This document shows, in pieces, positions 19,496 to 29,500 of a stretch of DNA of 64,000 bases. The position numbers and the translations under genes were made by a program. Under the pieces are notes generated by a model. That model saw nothing but the letters and a program-made list of their open reading frames with translations, was not told the DNA's origin and made no database searches. The stretch lies in IMG/VR virus record IMGVR_UViG_3300037461_001070, positions 6,721-70,720 of that record. The stretch is one strand, 5' to 3'. The stretch comes from a virus. Lineage: Duplodnaviria; Caudoviricetes. Position 1 is the first letter of the stretch. Each line of letters opens with the position of its first letter.

Positions 19496-19803
19496 TTATA
19501 TTTCGCCCCAAATTTTGACATCTCCCCGCATACCATACAAGGATATCCATCTCTATCCTCAAGATATAATGCGTACTTCTTGCATGGCCTTTTCTTTAAA
19601 CACCAGGAAGGATTTTTATGCTTGTTCTGGATAAAATTACGGGCAGCAAACATCATGTATGCCAATGGCAAAATATATATTGCTCCAATCACATATTCTT
19701 GGTTAAAAAAAGCTGATCCAGAAAGATAGGCCCAGGCCAAAATACTAAGACAATAACAAATTATAAGAGCAGCTCTAAACATCTTTTTCTTTCTCGTCCT
19801 CAT
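19492..19803 (-). CDS. Two-TM membrane protein
   Basis: Two hydrophobic helices, Cys-rich tail. Confidence 0.5.
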   Translation of the reverse strand: MRTRKKKMFRAALIICYCLSILAWAYLSGSAFFNQEYVIGAIYILPLAYMMFAARNFIQNKHKNPSWCLKKRPCKKYALYLEDRDGYPCMVCGEMSKFGAKYK

Positions 19804-20077
19804 TTATTGGTTTCCTCCTTCCAGTTCTTATCCTATATTTTATTTGTTGAGCATATATCTTGGCCCTATTCTTCTCGTAATATCCGGGATTCCTTTTCGC
19901 CTGTCTTTTCGCATGATGTTTTCTGCAATATGTTCCGACTTCGCGAGCTTTCCATTCCGGGAAATTTCTTTCACCATTTTCGTTAAATAGAGGAAGATAA
20001 AATCCGCAGTCAGGGCAATAGAACTCAATATCTCCGTTCTCTTTTATAATTTTCTTGGGTTTTCCTTTTATTTTCAT
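19775..20077 (-). CDS. Zinc-finger hypothetical protein
   Basis: CPDC...CRKH, basic tail. Confidence 0.5.
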   Translation of the reverse strand: MKIKGKPKKIIKENGDIEFYCPDCGFYLPLFNENGERNFPEWKAREVGTYCRKHHAKRQAKRNPGYYEKNRAKIYAQQIKYRIRTGRRKPINEDEKEKDV

Positions 20078-20285
20078 GCCTGGCTTGCTCCCACATGTCG
20101 AGAATTTTCTCTGAATCTTCTGGATATATACAGATCATTCTATTCAGAAGAAGAATGGTATGATATCTTTTTCTGAAAGTATCAGCCATACAATTCTTAT
20201 CAGAATAACAATCTTCCAAAGCATTTTTGAAATGTTCAAAATCTCCATCTTTCATGCTCTTGATTGTATTATGCGTTATCATCAA
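20025..20285 (-). CDS. Hypothetical protein
   Basis: 86 aa ORF in operon. Confidence 0.45.
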   Translation of the reverse strand: MMITHNTIKSMKDGDFEHFKNALEDCYSDKNCMADTFRKRYHTILLLNRMICIYPEDSEKILDMWEQARHENKRKTQENYKRERRY

Positions 20286-21667
20286 AATTCCTCTTTCTTT
20301 TTATATTTATTTCTCAAAAAAAGTGCGAGAGCAACTCCTACTGGAGAGATTATATCTACAAATACTGCTGGAAATAAGGACATAATAAATTGAATCCAAT
20401 CTCTTTGAGCCTTAAATATTCCGGCAAGCCATCCATAAAAGTCAGGAAGAGTTTCTGATCCTGTAGAAGATAATATAGTCCCGGATCTCTTGCTTTCTTT
20501 TATCTGCCGTTCTTCTTCACTTCTTATTTTATTGAGTTCGTCGGAAGTCTTCATTATTTCTTTATTTGCTTCAGAAAGCCTGTACTGTGTTTCGTTCCAG
20601 AGTTGAGTGTTATCTGTTCTGGATTTGATATCTCCCATACCTGAAAGTAATTGATTCAGAATTCCGGTCTGTTGCCGGTGTTCAGCCATACGCTTGATAA
20701 GATCTGCTTTACGTTCCTGAAGAATTGACCACGATGCTTTTCCGCTTTCAACTCCTGTTCTGGTTTGCTCTCTGATATTGGCAATATGTTTATTATATTG
20801 TCCGGCCACGGTTGACATGATAGAAAAGCAGGAGACAATAATCCAGAGCACAGCAAATCCTGAAGCAATAAATATCTTTGTCCATCTCGATTTCGCGACT
20901 TGTCCTGATAAGAAGAGAATGACAGTTTCGAAAGCGGAGACACTAAATCCAACCATAATGGAACTGAGAAGTAGGGCGAAGGCGACAGGTAAAAATTCAA
21001 CAAGCCAGACCGCAGTATAGTAGATGCTGATAATTGACGCACCAATTCCAATAACTCCCATACAGACTTGGATAACGTAGATTGGAACTCCATAGAGAGT
21101 GATATTTTCTCTGATACCATCATCTTTATCCTTTTTTATTTTCTTTCTTTTTTCTGGTTTTTCCAAGAAACTTTTGTTGTCTTTAATTTTCTGGCTTTCC
21201 CATTTCTTAAATAATGTTGTCGATTCTTTATACGAATCATTTATTTTTTTAAGAATAGATCTTCTGTTCTGGCGTTTAATTGTTATATCGGGAATCTTCA
21301 CTATTTCGTTTTCTTTTACTTCTGCAAAATTTGATTTGTCTATAATCTCGCCAGCAACAGAAACGACAAACCTCTTCTTTTCTTCTTCTACTGGAAATTC
21401 AAATTCTGGAATATGATCGATGACAGGTATATGATCTTCTCTTACTTCTTTGTTCGTGGTCATTATTTCCTCATGATTCTCCGGATATCTATACCAATCA
21501 CCTATTTTCTCGATATGTCCATTTTCCGCTAGAGCTGCCATACACTTTCTTGTATTTTCAGCGGAAAAATTAAGGACGTCGCACATTTCCTGGAGATTTG
21601 GAAATCTTTTTTTCTCTTTGAAGATAGAATATATGGCCCGTTTTACTTCATGCTGAATCGCTGCCAC
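20282..21667 (-). CDS. Membrane protein with N-terminal winged HTH, TM bundle and coiled coil
   Basis: FPNLQEMCDVLNFSAENTRKCMAALAENGHIEK; three TM segments mid-protein and one C-terminal. Confidence 0.55.
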   Translation of the reverse strand: MAAIQHEVKRAIYSIFKEKKRFPNLQEMCDVLNFSAENTRKCMAALAENGHIEKIGDWYRYPENHEEIMTTNKEVREDHIPVIDHIPEFEFPVEEEKKRFVVSVAGEIIDKSNFAEVKENEIVKIPDITIKRQNRRSILKKINDSYKESTTLFKKWESQKIKDNKSFLEKPEKRKKIKKDKDDGIRENITLYGVPIYVIQVCMGVIGIGASIISIYYTAVWLVEFLPVAFALLLSSIMVGFSVSAFETVILFLSGQVAKSRWTKIFIASGFAVLWIIVSCFSIMSTVAGQYNKHIANIREQTRTGVESGKASWSILQERKADLIKRMAEHRQQTGILNQLLSGMGDIKSRTDNTQLWNETQYRLSEANKEIMKTSDELNKIRSEEERQIKESKRSGTILSSTGSETLPDFYGWLAGIFKAQRDWIQFIMSLFPAVFVDIISPVGVALALFLRNKYKKKEEF

Positions 21668-21900
21668 TATTTTACCCCCAGAAATCGAGGGCCACTATAA
21701 ATATAATAACCGGGGTTGTTCTTTTTGAATATCCGTCTCGCTTCTTCGACATCTCTGAACATGTCATCATCAGATATATATTCTCTTCCGCCTCTCATTA
21801 TTTCCGGTCTCCACTTCGTATCTATCTTTTCCGTTATTGTATGTTGTGAATAAGAACTTACTCCTTCTTCGCTATGTTTTCCCGTAATTTCAAATATCAT
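21667..21900 (-). CDS. Hypothetical protein
   Basis: 77 aa ORF, coupled. Confidence 0.5.
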   Translation of the reverse strand: MIFEITGKHSEEGVSSYSQHTITEKIDTKWRPEIMRGGREYISDDDMFRDVEEARRIFKKNNPGYYIYSGPRFLGVK

Positions 21901-22454
21901 TATCTGTCTCCGTAATGGATTCGTCTTCCATACTCGCAGATTAAAATTGCCTCGGCTCTTCCATCAAGCAACCTACCTCTTTCTGTGTAAAGATCATCTC
22001 TTTTTATTTCCGGAAAGAGTTCCAATACTTTTGTTGCAGATTCTTCCTTAGACAATTTTTTTTCTCTCGATTTATAAGCTGCTTTTTCTTCTTTACTCAT
22101 TCCCTTTATTTTTTTATCTTTTGCTCGTATCAACGAAAATTCTTTTTTCCATTTCATAGGAGAAATTTCTTGAAACGGAATTCTCATAAATCTTAACGTA
22201 GTCTTTATTGTTCCGTATCCAACTCCATAATTAAAACCACCAATAGATCCTTGTCCGGGCATCGTCTGTGCTTTTTCTAATGTACAAAATGGAGACACAA
22301 GATTAGTAAGAATTTCTTCTATTCCCCGCTCATCTATTTCTCCGTTCGGAAGAAGAGGCATATCATAATAATCTATTGTTTTTTTATCTGAATGAAGTAT
22401 GGCAATAGCTCCTTTTTGTCCGGGATCTATTCCAATATAATTTATTATTTCCAC
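21900..22454 (-). CDS. RuvC-like Holliday junction resolvase
   Basis: YIGIDPG, LEK, FNYGVGYG, DGRAEAILI. Confidence 0.85.
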   Translation of the reverse strand: MEIINYIGIDPGQKGAIAILHSDKKTIDYYDMPLLPNGEIDERGIEEILTNLVSPFCTLEKAQTMPGQGSIGGFNYGVGYGTIKTTLRFMRIPFQEISPMKWKKEFSLIRAKDKKIKGMSKEEKAAYKSREKKLSKEESATKVLELFPEIKRDDLYTERGRLLDGRAEAILICEYGRRIHYGDR

Positions 22455-22465
22455 TGTATACCTGC

Positions 22466-23620
22466 CTAGAATTTTCTTTTTCGATCTGAAACTACATCAG
22501 CTTTTTTTTCTTCATCGTTCCATTTCGTCGATATTCTTTTTCTCAGTTCTTCTTCAAGATTATTTTTTTCTATGTGCCTGACCAATTTTCTCAGTGTAAA
22601 TTCTTTCCCATCCCAATCCAATTTTTTTGTTGTAGCACCCTTCGCATACTTACCATATTCAGTTCTTAGATCATAAAGATAAAGAATATTGCTTGTCACA
22701 TTATCTACGCCATAATTAAGAACAATTTCTGCATATCCTTCACGATACGGGAAACCAACTCCATTTTTTGTATTGAGTATTTTTACTGTTGAGCCTATCC
22801 ATTTATCTCCAGCATAATGCTTTTCCGGAGAAGCAAGCCAGAATACCTGCATCGGATAAAAATCAAGAGCTTTCCCTCCGGTTCGATAATATTTGGGAGA
22901 GAACATTCCCGCACCAAGATTTTCTCGGACCTGAGATATGATAATAAGTATACATTTTTTATTTCTGATTCCTTTTTTGAGAGATCTGAAAAATTGAGAC
23001 GAACCCTTGGCCTTACTCGTTCCATAAGAACCCTTTGTTTTTTCTTCCTTCTCGCCAGGTTCTTTCGTTGAATCTTTTGACTTCTCGTATGCTTTTAATT
23101 TTTTATCTACAAATTTTGTTTCGTCGTCACTGCCAAGAGAATCATAACTATCGAGAACATACAACAATCTTTTCCCATCTTCAAGATTTTCAAGTTTACG
23201 TGTAAATCTGGTCTGAAAATCTTCGATAGTATCAGATCCTTCGTTATCTTCAGGAACAATATCTATTCCCCAGATTTTTCTTGAGTTAAATGTATATCTG
23301 TGTTCTGCATCATCATAATCATATTCTACTTCATCACCATATTTTTTGACTATGGCAGCAACTATTTCTGATGCAATAAGAGTTTTCGCTGATTGAGAGT
23401 CTCCGACAATATTTATGAAACTTCCCCAGGCAAATGCAAAATCAACATTCCCTGAAGCTACAAGATTGAATATATCACACCCAGAAGTTGAAAATTCAAA
23501 ACACTCTTCTATCTGTTCACGTTCCGTTGATTTTTCTATGTCTTCAATTTCATCTTCTATTTCTTTTTCTATATCTATTTTATCCGCAGAATTTTTGGAT
23601 GGTCTTCCTCTTTTTTTCAT
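22466..23620 (-). CDS. recA: RecA/UvsX-like recombinase
   Basis: GDSQSAKT P-loop, YDDAEH, VLDSYD, ISQVRENLG, TGGKALDFY; start set at ATG 23620 behind AGGA. Confidence 0.85.
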   Translation of the reverse strand: MKKRGRPSKNSADKIDIEKEIEDEIEDIEKSTEREQIEECFEFSTSGCDIFNLVASGNVDFAFAWGSFINIVGDSQSAKTLIASEIVAAIVKKYGDEVEYDYDDAEHRYTFNSRKIWGIDIVPEDNEGSDTIEDFQTRFTRKLENLEDGKRLLYVLDSYDSLGSDDETKFVDKKLKAYEKSKDSTKEPGEKEEKTKGSYGTSKAKGSSQFFRSLKKGIRNKKCILIIISQVRENLGAGMFSPKYYRTGGKALDFYPMQVFWLASPEKHYAGDKWIGSTVKILNTKNGVGFPYREGYAEIVLNYGVDNVTSNILYLYDLRTEYGKYAKGATTKKLDWDGKEFTLRKLVRHIEKNNLEEELRKRISTKWNDEEKKADVVSDRKRKF

Positions 23621-23670
23621 GTTAATTCCTAGAAGAAAAAATATACCCCGGTCCACGCCGGGGCATTAAG

Positions 23671-23889
23671 TTATTTGCCAGTGTTTTTCTTGAGATTGCC
23701 TTTGAGCAGAAGTGCTAATTTGTCGATATCGACTCTCCATCGTCCCCCAACTTTTATACCAATTCTGTACTTTTTACACCACTCTATTATGGTAACGTTA
23801 GAGACTCCGGTAATCTTTTCTGCTTCTGGAACTGAAATATAATCTTCCAGATCATAAATAGCATTCTCAATCTTAGTAACATCTGTCAT
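23671..23889 (-). CDS. Excisionase/MerR-like helix-turn-helix protein
   Basis: ISVPEAEKITGVSNVTIIEWCK...KVGGRWRV. Confidence 0.75.
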   Translation of the reverse strand: MTDVTKIENAIYDLEDYISVPEAEKITGVSNVTIIEWCKKYRIGIKVGGRWRVDIDKLALLLKGNLKKNTGK

Positions 23890-23891
23890 TT

Positions 23892-25034
23892 TTATCCTCT
23901 TTTTTCAAGTCGATCTGCTTCATCAGCACATTCATTCCAAGTGTCCTTATCGCATTCAGAACATTCCTTGAATTTGTCATTGTCATGTCCAAAATCATAT
24001 CCTTCTGGACAAGGATTGCCCTTGCTTTTCTTGGGTTCTGGTTCCTCTTCCCGGACTCGACGAGATTCACGTTTTGGGGGTTCATCATCTTTTACCCTTC
24101 GTGATTCCCTTCGAGAAGGTTGGTCATCATCGTCATCATCATGCCTGGATTCACGCTTTGATTCTGGTTCCTCTTCCCGGACTCGACGAGATTCACGTTT
24201 TGGTTCGGGTTCTGATTCTTCATCCCTTACCCTACGAGATTCATGACGGGTCTCATGCTTTTCTTCTTGATCTGATGCGTCATCATCCGCTATTCCATTA
24301 TGAGATCTTTTAACATCCTCATATTGGGGTATAACCAGAAGATCATCAAGAGCAAATGTTTCTTTGTAGATCGACTCCTTATACTTCGGACGATCTTCAA
24401 AATCGTCAATGCGATATTCGAAGTAATTCCCTTTTGCTGATTTTTTCTGGGTGGCTCGGAAAGAAATAGATTTTCCATCCTCAATATCCCAGAACACAAC
24501 AAAATTGTCTTTTTTTACACCTGCTTTTTCGAGAACTTCTTTTTCGAAGAGATAATGAGCCTCTTCGAAGATCTGGATTTGTTGATCACGTTCAGGAAGA
24601 TCTAGGTTGATTACATTATACCAGCATCTCCGTTTCGGGCGCATACCGTTAATGATTGATTCATCAACATCAGGATCTTTCTTCAGTTCTTCCAACTCCT
24701 CACAAATCGGGCAAGCTTTTCCGTACATCTTTTTCAGGCAAAGAAATTGAGATTCACTGGGTCCGACCCTACGATGAACCCAAACATCCAGAAGATAATC
24801 AGTATATCCAGGCTTTATCTTTTGTGGATGTTTATCTGATTTCACGACATACGGGATGATATCAATATGATTTGTACCATCCTTTGGCCGGTAAAACAGA
24901 TCTTTCTTGTACCCTCCGATCTTTGACAGATCGATGACCCGCTTTCCTGCGAACCCACCTTCATTACGATGTTCGTAATTTTGGCGAGCTCGCTCCTGGG
25001 CCGCTCTTCTTTGTTCTTCACGACTTATTCCCAT
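23892..25034 (-). CDS. gp32-like ssDNA-binding protein with repetitive charged tail
   Basis: CLKKMYGKACPICE, RRCWYNVI, EG..ISFRA; RESRRVREEEPE repeats. Confidence 0.7.
   Translation of the reverse strand: MGISREEQRRAAQERARQNYEHRNEGGFAGKRVIDLSKIGGYKKDLFYRPKDGTNHIDIIPYVVKSDKHPQKIKPGYTDYLLDVWVHRRVGPSESQFLCLKKMYGKACPICEELEELKKDPDVDESIINGMRPKRRCWYNVINLDLPERDQQIQIFEEAHYLFEKEVLEKAGVKKDNFVVFWDIEDGKSISFRATQKKSAKGNYFEYRIDDFEDRPKYKESIYKETFALDDLLVIPQYEDVKRSHNGIADDDASDQEEKHETRHESRRVRDEESEPEPKRESRRVREEEPESKRESRHDDDDDDQPSRRESRRVKDDEPPKRESRRVREEEPEPKKSKGNPCPEGYDFGHDNDKFKECSECDKDTWNECADEADRLEKRG
24036..24203. repeat. Exact 42-bp direct repeat in the SSB tail (24036-24077, 24162-24203)
   Basis: TTCTGGTTCCTCTTCCCGGACTCGACGAGATTCACGTTTTGG twice. 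Confidence 0.9.
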
Positions 25035-25054
25035 TTCGCTGCTCCTTATTTATT

Positions 25055-25618
25055 TTATCGTTCGCTATTCGCTATATTTCTTAATGACTCTATATCATTG
25101 AGAAATGCAAAATCTTTAAATAATTCTTTCGCCTTTATATTATATGCAATTGCAGCATCTATTATGTTGTCAAAAGTTCCAATGTGGATTTTATTGTAAC
25201 AATAACAAATTCTAGCGTAAAATTTATTTGATCTGTGATCAAAACTAACTCCTTTTATTCCAAGAAGGTTTCTTTTCATTGTTGAACAATTATATTTATT
25301 TTCAATCAAGCTACATTTTCTTAAATTTGATCTTCTATTATCGAGTCTATTATTATTTTTATGATCTACTTTTATTTTATCAGATTTTATTCCCAATATA
25401 AATCTCGACATTCTTATTTTTCTTTTTGATTTTCGATCATAACCAGAACAATATGGTTTTGTTTTATCTCTTTGGCTAGAAATAGACCATCTTATTCTCT
25501 TTATTTTTTCATAATCTGATTTATCTATTATCGTAGAAAATTTTTCAGATAGTTTTATTCTTATATATTTATTATCAGAGTCAATAATTTCATTTGGAAT
25601 AAAAGGTCTTTCTTTCAT
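25055..25618 (-). CDS. HNH-AP2 homing endonuclease
   Basis: VDHKNNNRLDNRRSNLR; AP2-like KGVSF...FYARI...IHIGTFD...AAIAYN. Confidence 0.9.
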   Translation of the reverse strand: MKERPFIPNEIIDSDNKYIRIKLSEKFSTIIDKSDYEKIKRIRWSISSQRDKTKPYCSGYDRKSKRKIRMSRFILGIKSDKIKVDHKNNNRLDNRRSNLRKCSLIENKYNCSTMKRNLLGIKGVSFDHRSNKFYARICYCYNKIHIGTFDNIIDAAIAYNIKAKELFKDFAFLNDIESLRNIANSER

Positions 25619-25642
25619 CTATTCGCTGACTCCTACATACTA

Positions 25643-25810
25643 TTATATTTTCGCTTGTCGATAAAACGACTTCGCTTCCTGTTTTAATTCGTTCAGGACT
25701 TCCTGAACATCATCTTCTTGATCTACATCGGCGGTAAGTCCGATCTTTAGTGATTCATAATTTCCTAAATTAAAAGTCCTGTCAAGTCTTACTTCAGTTA
25801 TTTTTGCCAT
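25643..25810 (-). CDS. Small NLGNYES-motif protein (55 aa)
   Basis: Hand-translated MAKITEVRLDRTFNLGNYESLKIGL; motif common in phage replication modules. Confidence 0.7.
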   Translation of the reverse strand: MAKITEVRLDRTFNLGNYESLKIGLTADVDQEDDVQEVLNELKQEAKSFYRQAKI

Positions 25811-26309
25811 TGTCAGATACCTTCTTGCTTTTTTCTGCTCTTATCTTGTCTCTGGCCTGGACATTTCCCCTGTCTTTTATAGCCATGTCTCGACGAAGAT
25901 CCCTGCCCTCAACAGGTCCGGCAAAATATTGTCCGGCCCATAATCTGACCAGATTTTCAAGAGATGTTTTCTTGTGTTCCATAGCTTTTACTGCTGCGGA
26001 GAAAAGATTACTCCTATATATGGCATCATTTAATTTTTGTAGTGCTTCCTGATGTCTTTGATCGAGAGCGATCCGACTCTTGACAAATCCTTCAGTTATT
26101 TTTTCTTGAGATGTCGTTCTTATTTCTTTATCTAGCTGAGCATCAACAACTTCAAGTTTTTCTTTACATATTTTAACCTTGTCTTCAGCCTGAGCAGCTT
26201 TTTCTGCCCATTTCATGTACAGAACAGGTTGATGCAGCCACTCCAGGTCAAGAGCATCTGGTTCTATTTTTATATCGTCCAAATAACTTTTTTCCTTGTC
26301 TTCACTCAC
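25794..26309 (-). CDS. UvsY-like recombination mediator
   Basis: LDLEWLHQPVLYMKWAE helical bundle; near SSB and RecA. Confidence 0.6.
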   Translation of the reverse strand: MSEDKEKSYLDDIKIEPDALDLEWLHQPVLYMKWAEKAAQAEDKVKICKEKLEVVDAQLDKEIRTTSQEKITEGFVKSRIALDQRHQEALQKLNDAIYRSNLFSAAVKAMEHKKTSLENLVRLWAGQYFAGPVEGRDLRRDMAIKDRGNVQARDKIRAEKSKKVSDNGKNN

Positions 26310-26498
26310 TTATTTTTCCTCCAATTTTTCATGTACTTCTATTATTCCATTATTTTCTCGCCATTCTTTTATTATAGCAGTTTTTCTTTCATCAGAAGCA
26401 TTTGATATTTTAAGTAATGTATCCAGCATTTCTTCTGTTGGTATAAATAATTTTTTATTATGAATCATCATCAATCTCTCATATTTATTATGCAACAT
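26310..26498 (-). CDS. Hypothetical protein
   Basis: 62 aa ORF in operon. Confidence 0.45.
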   Translation of the reverse strand: MLHNKYERLMMIHNKKLFIPTEEMLDTLLKISNASDERKTAIIKEWRENNGIIEVHEKLEEK

Positions 26499-26506
26499 CT
26501 TTAAAA

Positions 26507-29500
26507 TTACATGCCAAAAATCTTGATTTTATTAACAAAATTTTCTATACCATTCTCAAATAATGATCTATTATCTGGGCTATATAGTACGGATGCAGGA
26601 TGTATAACCCATGAAATCCAGAGCCCGTATTCTTCATTCCATTCGCAGATCCCATTCTTTTGAGTTATTCCTGAATCATCATCAGTAAAATATTTTATGT
26701 TCGTGTTTCCTATAGCTAGAACAAGCTTAGGAGATATTTTCTTTATCTCTTCTTCGAGCCATCTCCTACATTTTTTAATCTGAGGTTTTGTCGGAGTCTT
26801 GGTTTTTGATGGCCAGCACTTACAGACATTTGTTACGTGAAAATCCCTTCTCGTATATCCATGCCTATTGAGTTCTGACCATAACAATCTCCCTGAATCT
26901 CCAATGAATCCTTGCTTTAATCTGTCCTCATCCCGGCCCGGAGCTTCTCCTATTATCATGATATTGGATCTTCCTGAACTCGAAAATACTGGCCCGGAAC
27001 ATTCTTTTCTCAGATCACAATCATTGCATTGACCGAGATCATTATTTTTAAATCGATTTGATTCTATGAGATCAAGATCCAGACCTTCAATATCTCCAGA
27101 CATTATTTCAGATAAGAACCAGGCATCATTACATATTATATTTCCTGCTTTTCTAGGAGAATTCGCAAGGCACAGAACAATTTCTCCTTCGCAATGTTCT
27201 ATCAAAGATTTTTTACGCTTATACAAATCGTCTCCGAAATATATTTTTGTATTTCCAGTATCATCTTTTATCGTTCCATAAGCACTTCCAGATTTTTCTT
27301 TGTCATCAATCCTATATCCTAGTTTCATCTCAGTGATCTCTCCGAAATGGAGATAATGAGTTTTATCAATATCTTTTTGATCTATGTCTTTTATATATTT
27401 AAAATTATGAGCTTTCCTGAACAAGTCAGCTAACTTTTTATATTTGTGCATTCTATTTCTAACCAAAGATATGCTTAGAAGCGATGAAATAGAATCCGCC
27501 ATATCATCCGTTAATGGTTCATCTTTAAAAGCATTTATGTCCTCCAATATTTTCTGAAATTTTGGAGTTATTTCAGATTTCCCATCCTTATAAAATCCTT
27601 TCTTTTTCTTATCGTTTAATTTTGATAGCTTCGCCGCAGTTTTTTCTCCAACTCCTTTTATATCTATATATGGAGCATAAAGAATCCCATTTCTTTCGGT
27701 CCAAGTATCTGCTTCAGAAATTCCTATTTTCGGAGGTCTTATCTCAAGTCCTAGTCTGAAAGCTTCTTCAATATATTCATTTCTTGTTTCTTCTTTATCA
27801 ATTCCATATGTGAGAAGAGAGCATAAATATTCCGATGGATAATTTTGCTTACACCACTGTCCCCAAAATGTAATAACAGAATATTCTACTGCATGAGAAT
27901 TATGAGATATAATTCCATTAGCTATAAAATTATGATTTGGGCCTTCCATTTCTATATCAAAAGTTTCTTCGCTACCACATGGTTTAATACTTACAATAGG
28001 ATCTTTTATAGCTGAGCGGCCTTTTGAATGCCGGATCTTCCTCTCTCCTTTTGAATAATCAAATTTCTTATGACAACTATTACAAAGATATAAGATATTT
28101 TTTGGAGAATGATATTTTACAAAATCATAATTAAATTTATCTATAGATTTTATATGTGAAAATTCAGGTCTTCCTATTTTTATTATACGGCCACATTCTT
28201 TACAATATTTATATATTTTCTTTCCACAACTTTCACATTTACCTTTTGATCTTTCGAAAACTATTTTTTTTGTTTCTTTTAATGTAGAATCTCTTCCATC
28301 GACAAATCCAATGTTGTCAGCTCTAAATCTGAATCCATTTCCAGAATAACTTTTACCTTCTCCTCTAAATCTTGGGATATCACTTGGAGTTCTTTTTGTT
28401 TTTTCATAATCACCCATATAAAAAAGAGATGATCCAACTTTTAGATCTTTTACTTTAACATAATCAAAATTATCGCTCAAAAATTTATGCTCTTTTGTTG
28501 CTTTTATAATCTTTCCAGATGATGTTTTTATCTCAAATACATTTTGTTTACCAGAATAATTAACTGATTTTATTTTCCCTGGTCTTATTCTTCCGTCTTC
28601 GTGTAATTGTTGGATATAAAGACCTTTCCGGCGATATTTTTCTCCAGTAGATGTTTTTGATCTCCATAAAATATAAAGTTCTTTTATTGTTATCTCCGGA
28701 GATTTTGTGTGGTTACCACTGCTTGACCGATAAACTTTTGTATCTCCAGCCAAGCATTTATTAAATGAATATGATCCCATACTTTTAAGATCATTCCAAA
28801 GAGATCTTGCTCTATCTTCGGAAAGGGTTTTTCTTTTAAGACATCCCTCTACGAATTGATCCTCGTACTCTTTAAATGCTTCCTCTCCTTTTGATTTCGC
28901 AATAATCTTTCTAACTTTTTCTGCTGTCTTCCAGTCCAGACCAGCAACCTCATGAACTAATTGCATGACCTGTTCTTGGTACAAAATTATTCCATACGTA
29001 TCTTTTGTTATTTTGTCGATAATAGGATGCTGTTCCGGAATATCTTCTTCGCCATGTTTTCGTTTAATGAATATATCCGCAGCTCCGCTTCGAAGGGTTC
29101 CAGGTCTGAACAATGACGTAGTATGCACGAGTTCCATAAAACTATCAATTTTGACTCTTTGACAGAATTTTCGTAAGCCCTGACTTCCCACCTGAAAACA
29201 GCCGATATTATTTCCTTTAGTAAATTCTCTGAAAATCTTTCTACCTTCAAGCTGAATTTCATCAAAATTGATTTCTTGGCCATGATTTTTCTTTACCCTT
29301 GCCTTTACATCATTTAATACGGTAAGCATTTTCAGACCAAGAACGTCTAGTTTCATCAATCCCATATATTCAAGGTCATCTTTATCCCAATTTACCAGAA
29401 GTTCTTTATCTTTTCCTAGAGTAAAAGCACATCTTCTACCTTCTCTAAGATCTTCGTCGGAAATAACAATGGCAGCAGCATGTTGTCCTTTGTTTCGGAT

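Noticed and set aside
26510-27030. UdgX-type covalent uracil trap
   Set aside because: The KRRIH loop is absent; motifs fit ordinary family-4 UDG
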